A stretch of DNA of 58,632 nucleotides from a virus. Lineage: Duplodnaviria > Caudoviricetes. Position 1 is the stretch's first letter; each line of letters starts with the position of its first letter. Below, piece after piece: positions 53,996 through 58,632 of this stretch. The notes beneath the pieces are model-generated. The model searched no databases. It had not been told where the DNA came from and saw only the letters and a list, made by a program, of their open reading frames with translations. Location: the IMG/VR virus record IMGVR_UViG_3300011118_002165, positions 1-58,632 of that record; one strand, given 5' to 3'. Both the position numbers and the translations under genes were made by a program.

Positions 53996-54129
53996 TGAAT
54001 GTCTCCTCTCTTGTTTCTCCTGATGAGCATTGTCACTGAGCACTTTCTCCGGGCCCACGCGGCCCGGTTGACACATTCTGAGCTACTAGTCCTGCGCTCC
54101 GAAGTAAGCCGCAGGGCCGCACATCGTTC

Positions 54130-57100
54130 CTACACGGCGATCAGGTCAAGCAGATCAACGACGCCATCACCATTGCGGTCTTCCCGGAACTCCGAGATTC
54201 TCCCATCAAGCACGCGGAAACGGAACAGATAGTCTCCCGGCATGGGCAGGTCATTGGCCGTAACCTCGTCGGCGCTCAAAGTGCCTTGGCAGAAGCCGTC
54301 CTCGACGGCAACCATGGTCCAGGATGCTGTTCTCGTCACCGGCTCGTACCGGAACGCGGACACAGCCTCCGTCTGCTTAAGTCCGGTTTCGCGGGCAAGT
54401 TCCAGGGCACTTGCCCTCACCGACACGCTCTTTCTGAACGCGGCCCTAATAGTGACCCCAGTGGCGCCGGCTACGGGGAGGGCCTGCACTTCAACACGCT
54501 CGATGGTTGGGGCGGCATTCATGAGTAGTGCCGAGGAGGTCGGCGATCCAGACCCGTCAGCGGCGATTCCGGCCGGTGCCATCCCTGCCGGGGCGGCAAG
54601 GGGAGCCGGCATCGAGATCATGTTGATGCCTTGCCGGTAGTTCTGGCGTACGGCCAAGAGATCGATGGAGTTGATCACGCCGTCCGTGTTGAAGTCCGCG
54701 GCCGGATAGGCGGACGCAGGTCCTCGGTAGTTCTGACGCACCTTCAGCAAGTCCTGCGAATTCGTCACGCCGTCGCCGGTGGCGTCACCGGGCATGTTAC
54801 CGAAGCAGAAGACGCCATCCTGATCCAGGCCAGTCGCGTCGCCGGCCTTGACGGTCACCTTGAGCCACTGCTTCTGGATGGCGTTGTCCGCCCAGATGAG
54901 CGTTACGCGGTCGCTGCCATCGTCGCCCTCACCAAGGCGGACATCAACCTCCACCGGGGCAGGGGCGGACGACCAATTCCCGGGATCGTCTGAGTTACCC
55001 ACTTCGAAACCGAAGTAACTACCAATGGTCGCCAGGTTGAGGCCGCCGGGGTCGGACAGCCCGTCAATGTCCACCATGATTCCGTTGAGACCCTTGCTGT
55101 AGGCCGTGCAGTTCGCCACACCGCCTGTATTGCCGGGCGTGAGGGCGTGCTTGTCGTCGTCGATGGCATTGTCGTCCGCCGCGGATGCCCCGGGCGTGTT
55201 GCCATCCATCAAAGAATTGTTGTAGAAGACGTGACGCCCAACAATGTCCGCCTGGACATGGAGGACAGCGACCACAGGATCCGACCAACTGCCCTCATCA
55301 TCCTCAACGCGGTACTGCAGCGTGTGCTGGCCAGGAGACGCCGGAGCCGTCAGCTGGTAAGCTCCCGGCATTGGGCTGGCCACCAAACTCCCATCAAGCA
55401 GTAACTGCCCGCCGACAATGCTCTGGCCGTTCTCATCATTGTCGTGGCCACCCAGCAGCAGCTCGATTGTGCTCCCGCCGGACACGGGAGATCCTGGAGT
55501 CCCCGAGATCTCTGCTGTCGGCAGAGCGTTGCTTACGATCAACTCTCGGACGGCTGGGGGGGCAGACGGTAGTCCCTCGTCATCCCATACGCGGAACGAT
55601 ATCTCGTGCGAGCCTACGGTCAAGGTGTTTGAGGACGTGGTCCAGTCCTCGGTAGTGCTTAAGACATCATCCAGATCCGAACGCCACTCCCACGCTGTTA
55701 CCTGCCCGTCCTCATCCCTACTACCCCCATCAAACTGGATCACATCCACCGGGGGCTGGGCTGGATTCGGCGTGATGGCCTCGATCCAGGCCTCCGGGGG
55801 CAGCGGCCCGGCTAGCACGCGAGTCTCAATGTGAACCTGTGCTTCGACACCGATTCCATTCCTGGCAAGAAGGATGCACGTATTGACGCCAGCCGGCGTT
55901 CCTGTCGGCGGACTCCAGGTCAGTGTGCGTGTTGCCGGGTCGAAGGTCAACCCATCCGGGACTTCACCGGAGAGCACCAGCTCCGGGGTTGGGTCGCCCG
56001 AAACACTCACCACGTGTTTGACGCTGCTCCCGGCCTCTGCCTCCAAGACGATACAGCCGCCATAGGACTCATCGAACCGAGGCGCGTCACTGGTCGCCAG
56101 CTCGAAAAGCCCTTGCGACAGCCTGATCTGATAGAGCCTCGGATCCTCCTGGTAGGAGTCCATTGGCGAACCCGTCTTGTAGTTGAGCCTCACCTGATAG
56201 GTGGCCGGCCCGGTCCCCTCGGGCCAGAAGCAGTAGACATGACTGGTATCAACGGCCTCGCCAACTTGGGCATCCCAATACCATTGCTGAAGGCGTTGGA
56301 GTCCGATCTCCAGCCCAACGCCAATAACGCCGCCGAGCATGTTCGCCGCCAGCCCCTTCGTAGTTGTGCTGACGGCATGGCTGAACCAATCACTGTCTGT
56401 CAGCTTGTCTGCTGCAGCCTGTGCGGCTACGTCTACGGCTCCATCAATCACCGCCTTGACAGCCGCGCGCGTAGGCTCGTCCGTCTCCTGCCACTCCTGG
56501 AAGAAGCTCACTGACGAGACGATGAGGAACTCACCGGCGTAGCTCACGTCGACTTCGTCCGGATCCACGTGCCATATGTCACCAACTCCGGCGTTCTCGT
56601 TGATCTGATTGCACATCTCCGCATACGCGGCCTTGTAGGCTGATCGCAGTCCCTCCTTCGCCTCAGCGTCAACTACGCGCTCCCCGAGTAAGGCGGGCCA
56701 CCATACCCTCATGAGCTCGCCATTCTTCCCGGGAGTCATCTCACTATATGCATTTTCTGTCAGATCGCGCCCACCCGTCACGTCACGAACGGTCAAATCG
56801 AAGCCGGGCTGTGATGACCCAGCCAGCGAGGGCCCATGTACCTCGATGAATAGAGGGCTGCCTTCATTGACGATCGGATCGTACTGGATGGTGTACAATG
56901 CCGGCGCTTGGGTGTCAGGCGGAAGATCCTGCTCTGGCAGGATCATCGCCGGATCGCCGCCAGCGTATCGGTACGTAAATGGCGCGGGACGAGTGAGCCC
57001 GCCGCCCGCGTTATGCAGAACAATGAAGTCGCTCACACCCACACCAGGGACAATCGACGGCGCCCGGAGATTGATTGAGCGAAACTCCCCGGCGGGAACG

Positions 57101-58632
57101 TTAGGCAGGGCAATTGATGCGACGCCGATCTCGTAGTTATCGGCCTCGGTCGGCCAGAGCATGGGGGTCAGAATATCATGCGCCGTGCTAGCAACAAAGC
57201 CGGTGACAGCAGCGCCAGCGACTGCTGCTCCATAGGCGAGCTGTCCGCCCACTGGCACCGCATTTACAATTGCGGTGGCAATCGCAGCGCCGGCAGCGCT
57301 AGTCGCAGCACTTGTGAACGCGCCAGACGCGATCGAGCATGTCGCATCCCACCAATCCCCGCCCTTCTGCACAGTAAATGATTCGACCTCCGTGACGTAG
57401 TTGCCATAGGCATCCTGGATTACGACGTCATATGGGTCGATCGTGAAATCCCGCGGCCCAAGCACTGTTAGGTACAGATCGGCTGGCTCAGTGGAATCGT
57501 TTTCCACTACAAGCGTTGTCTTTCCATTCAGCGTCATGCCCCAGTCGATATCATAAGGGCTGTCTTCGCTGAACGCCTTGAGAGTAGTCCGATTGTCAAA
57601 GAGACTTGCTGCGCCGGAAATAAGGTATGAGTGTACGTCGCTCTGCCCTTCGATACCGACGGAATTCTCACCAATGACCTGATAATGCAAGCGACTACCA
57701 TCTGTGACCTCTGGCACGGGGATCGTGGCCCCAAAGGTCATCACTTCTGAGCTGAAGTCCAGGAGCATGGATGCCACGTCCCAGGGGCTGAAGGGCAGCC
57801 TAGCCATATCGACTTCAGTCGCGGGGAGGTCGTTGAGCCAGTAGCGCAGATGGACTGTGTCGTCATCCACGCCGCTGATGTCAAAGGCGGCAGTGCCTAC
57901 TGGCAAGGTCTCCCCCGGTGCGACGATGTCGCTTGTCCCCGCCCAGCAGGTGAACGCCGGGCCGGTGGTTCTGTCGATGGTGACGTTCATAACGTCAGCA
58001 TCACCAACGATCGCAGTGCCGGTGCCGACGTGGGGGGCTTCAGCGCGGATCTCGTCACCTGTTTCGAGGCCGGTTATGCGGGCTGAGGGAACGAGGCTGT
58101 CGAATATGTTCCATGCAGTCGTGCCTAGCTTAGTGTCATCCCTGTAGATGTCGACTCCCGCGAGTGGGAACGTTCCTGCTTCGGGAGTCGCAAAGACGAG
58201 CTTGGAGTGCAGATAGAGAGGTGTGAAGTTATTGTCGAATGGTCCATTCGGGCTGGCATTGCCAGCTTCGTCGACGGCGGTTACACACCACGTGTAGTCA
58301 CGATCCCAGACAAACTCGACAGGGAGAAGGACTTCCGAGGCCCCGGAGACGTCGCTTTCCCAGAGAAGCTCCTCGCCGCCAAGAGCATTGTACCACCATA
58401 CTCGTGGATGGTAGTAGTCAATACCTGACTCGTCCGTGACCTCACTCCATGCAAGAAGGGGATTCTGAGAGCCGGCATTGCCATGCGGCGTCAGTTCACC
58501 GGGCTTGGGCGGCGCTTCCGTATCGATGGTGAAGGTGATGCTCGACTCGAAGCCCGCCTGATGGTAGTCCGAGTCGTCTACTGCGCGGACACGCAGCGTG
58601 TAATCCCCGTCCTCAATGCCCGCCAGACCCCA
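54130..58632 (-). CDS. Large extracellular Ig/Fn3/PKD-like repeat protein with dockerin-type domain (5' end outside window)
   Basis: Frame translated by hand stays open from 57990 to the window edge (DGDYTLRVRAVD, VTAVDEAGN); GDATGDGVTNSQD...DFNTDGVINSID duplicated Ca-loop; planctomycete-type GRHVFYNNS...KGLNGIMVDI domain. Confidence 0.85.
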   Translation of the reverse strand, partial: WGLAGIEDGDYTLRVRAVDDSDYHQAGFESSITFTIDTEAPPKPGELTPHGNAGSQNPLLAWSEVTDESGIDYYHPRVWWYNALGGEELLWESDVSGASEVLLPVEFVWDRDYTWCVTAVDEAGNASPNGPFDNNFTPLYLHSKLVFATPEAGTFPLAGVDIYRDDTKLGTTAWNIFDSLVPSARITGLETGDEIRAEAPHVGTGTAIVGDADVMNVTIDRTTGPAFTCWAGTSDIVAPGETLPVGTAAFDISGVDDDTVHLRYWLNDLPATEVDMARLPFSPWDVASMLLDFSSEVMTFGATIPVPEVTDGSRLHYQVIGENSVGIEGQSDVHSYLISGAASLFDNRTTLKAFSEDSPYDIDWGMTLNGKTTLVVENDSTEPADLYLTVLGPRDFTIDPYDVVIQDAYGNYVTEVESFTVQKGGDWWDATCSIASGAFTSAATSAAGAAIATAIVNAVPVGGQLAYGAAVAGAAVTGFVASTAHDILTPMLWPTEADNYEIGVASIALPNVPAGEFRSINLRAPSIVPGVGVSDFIVLHNAGGGLTRPAPFTYRYAGGDPAMILPEQDLPPDTQAPALYTIQYDPIVNEGSPLFIEVHGPSLAGSSQPGFDLTVRDVTGGRDLTENAYSEMTPGKNGELMRVWWPALLGERVVDAEAKEGLRSAYKAAYAEMCNQINENAGVGDIWHVDPDEVDVSYAGEFLIVSSVSFFQEWQETDEPTRAAVKAVIDGAVDVAAQAAADKLTDSDWFSHAVSTTTKGLAANMLGGVIGVGLEIGLQRLQQWYWDAQVGEAVDTSHVYCFWPEGTGPATYQVRLNYKTGSPMDSYQEDPRLYQIRLSQGLFELATSDAPRFDESYGGCIVLEAEAGSSVKHVVSVSGDPTPELVLSGEVPDGLTFDPATRTLTWSPPTGTPAGVNTCILLARNGIGVEAQVHIETRVLAGPLPPEAWIEAITPNPAQPPVDVIQFDGGSRDEDGQVTAWEWRSDLDDVLSTTEDWTTSSNTLTVGSHEISFRVWDDEGLPSAPPAVRELIVSNALPTAEISGTPGSPVSGGSTIELLLGGHDNDENGQSIVGGQLLLDGSLVASPMPGAYQLTAPASPGQHTLQYRVEDDEGSWSDPVVAVLHVQADIVGRHVFYNNSLMDGNTPGASAADDNAIDDDKHALTPGNTGGVANCTAYSKGLNGIMVDIDGLSDPGGLNLATIGSYFGFEVGNSDDPGNWSSAPAPVEVDVRLGEGDDGSDRVTLIWADNAIQKQWLKVTVKAGDATGLDQDGVFCFGNMPGDATGDGVTNSQDLLKVRQNYRGPASAYPAADFNTDGVINSIDLLAVRQNYRQGINMISMPAPLAAPAGMAPAGIAADGSGSPTSSALLMNAAPTIERVEVQALPVAGATGVTIRAAFRKSVSVRASALELARETGLKQTEAVSAFRYEPVTRTASWTMVAVEDGFCQGTLSADEVTANDLPMPGDYLFRFRVLDGRISEFREDRNGDGVVDLLDLIAV

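Noticed and set aside
57988-57990. ATG 57990 as the true start of the large exoprotein
   Set aside because: The frame stays open to the window edge with Ig/Fn3-like sequence and there is no signal peptide at 57990; the gene is 5'-truncated.

Overview
High-GC bacterial window, probably from a planctomycete (PEP-CTERM protein and a planctomycete-type dockerin-bearing exoprotein at the right end; inference). It has three blocks. (1) 616-12322 (+): a type I restriction-modification operon (half-hsdS, hsdM, hsdS, hsdR, M48/YgjP) with a two-gene CBASS (HNH-SAVED effector plus CD-NTase-AGS-C) and a HEPN-like gene nested inside it. It is preceded by a near-consensus sigma70 promoter flanked by two copies of a palindromic operator. 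(2) ~12358-53318: a largely intact lambda-like siphovirus prophage with tail, head, terminase, ParB-methyltransferase, iteron-like origin, primase-helicase, recombination genes, xis and tyrosine integrase. I found no CI-type repressor. Instead it has an ECF sigma / small acidic protein / IrrE-type peptidase triad, a putative activator pair and a second sigma factor. Three exact sets of repeated cis-elements link these genes into what looks like a protease-triggered sigma-factor cascade, the most novel-looking system here. Two tandem tRNA-like RNA structures sit in the early operon. (3) 53384-58632 (-): a large Ig/dockerin exoprotein (5'-truncated) followed by a cohesin-like PEP-CTERM protein. 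Protein family calls come from motif recognition by eye, not database searches. att sites were not found.
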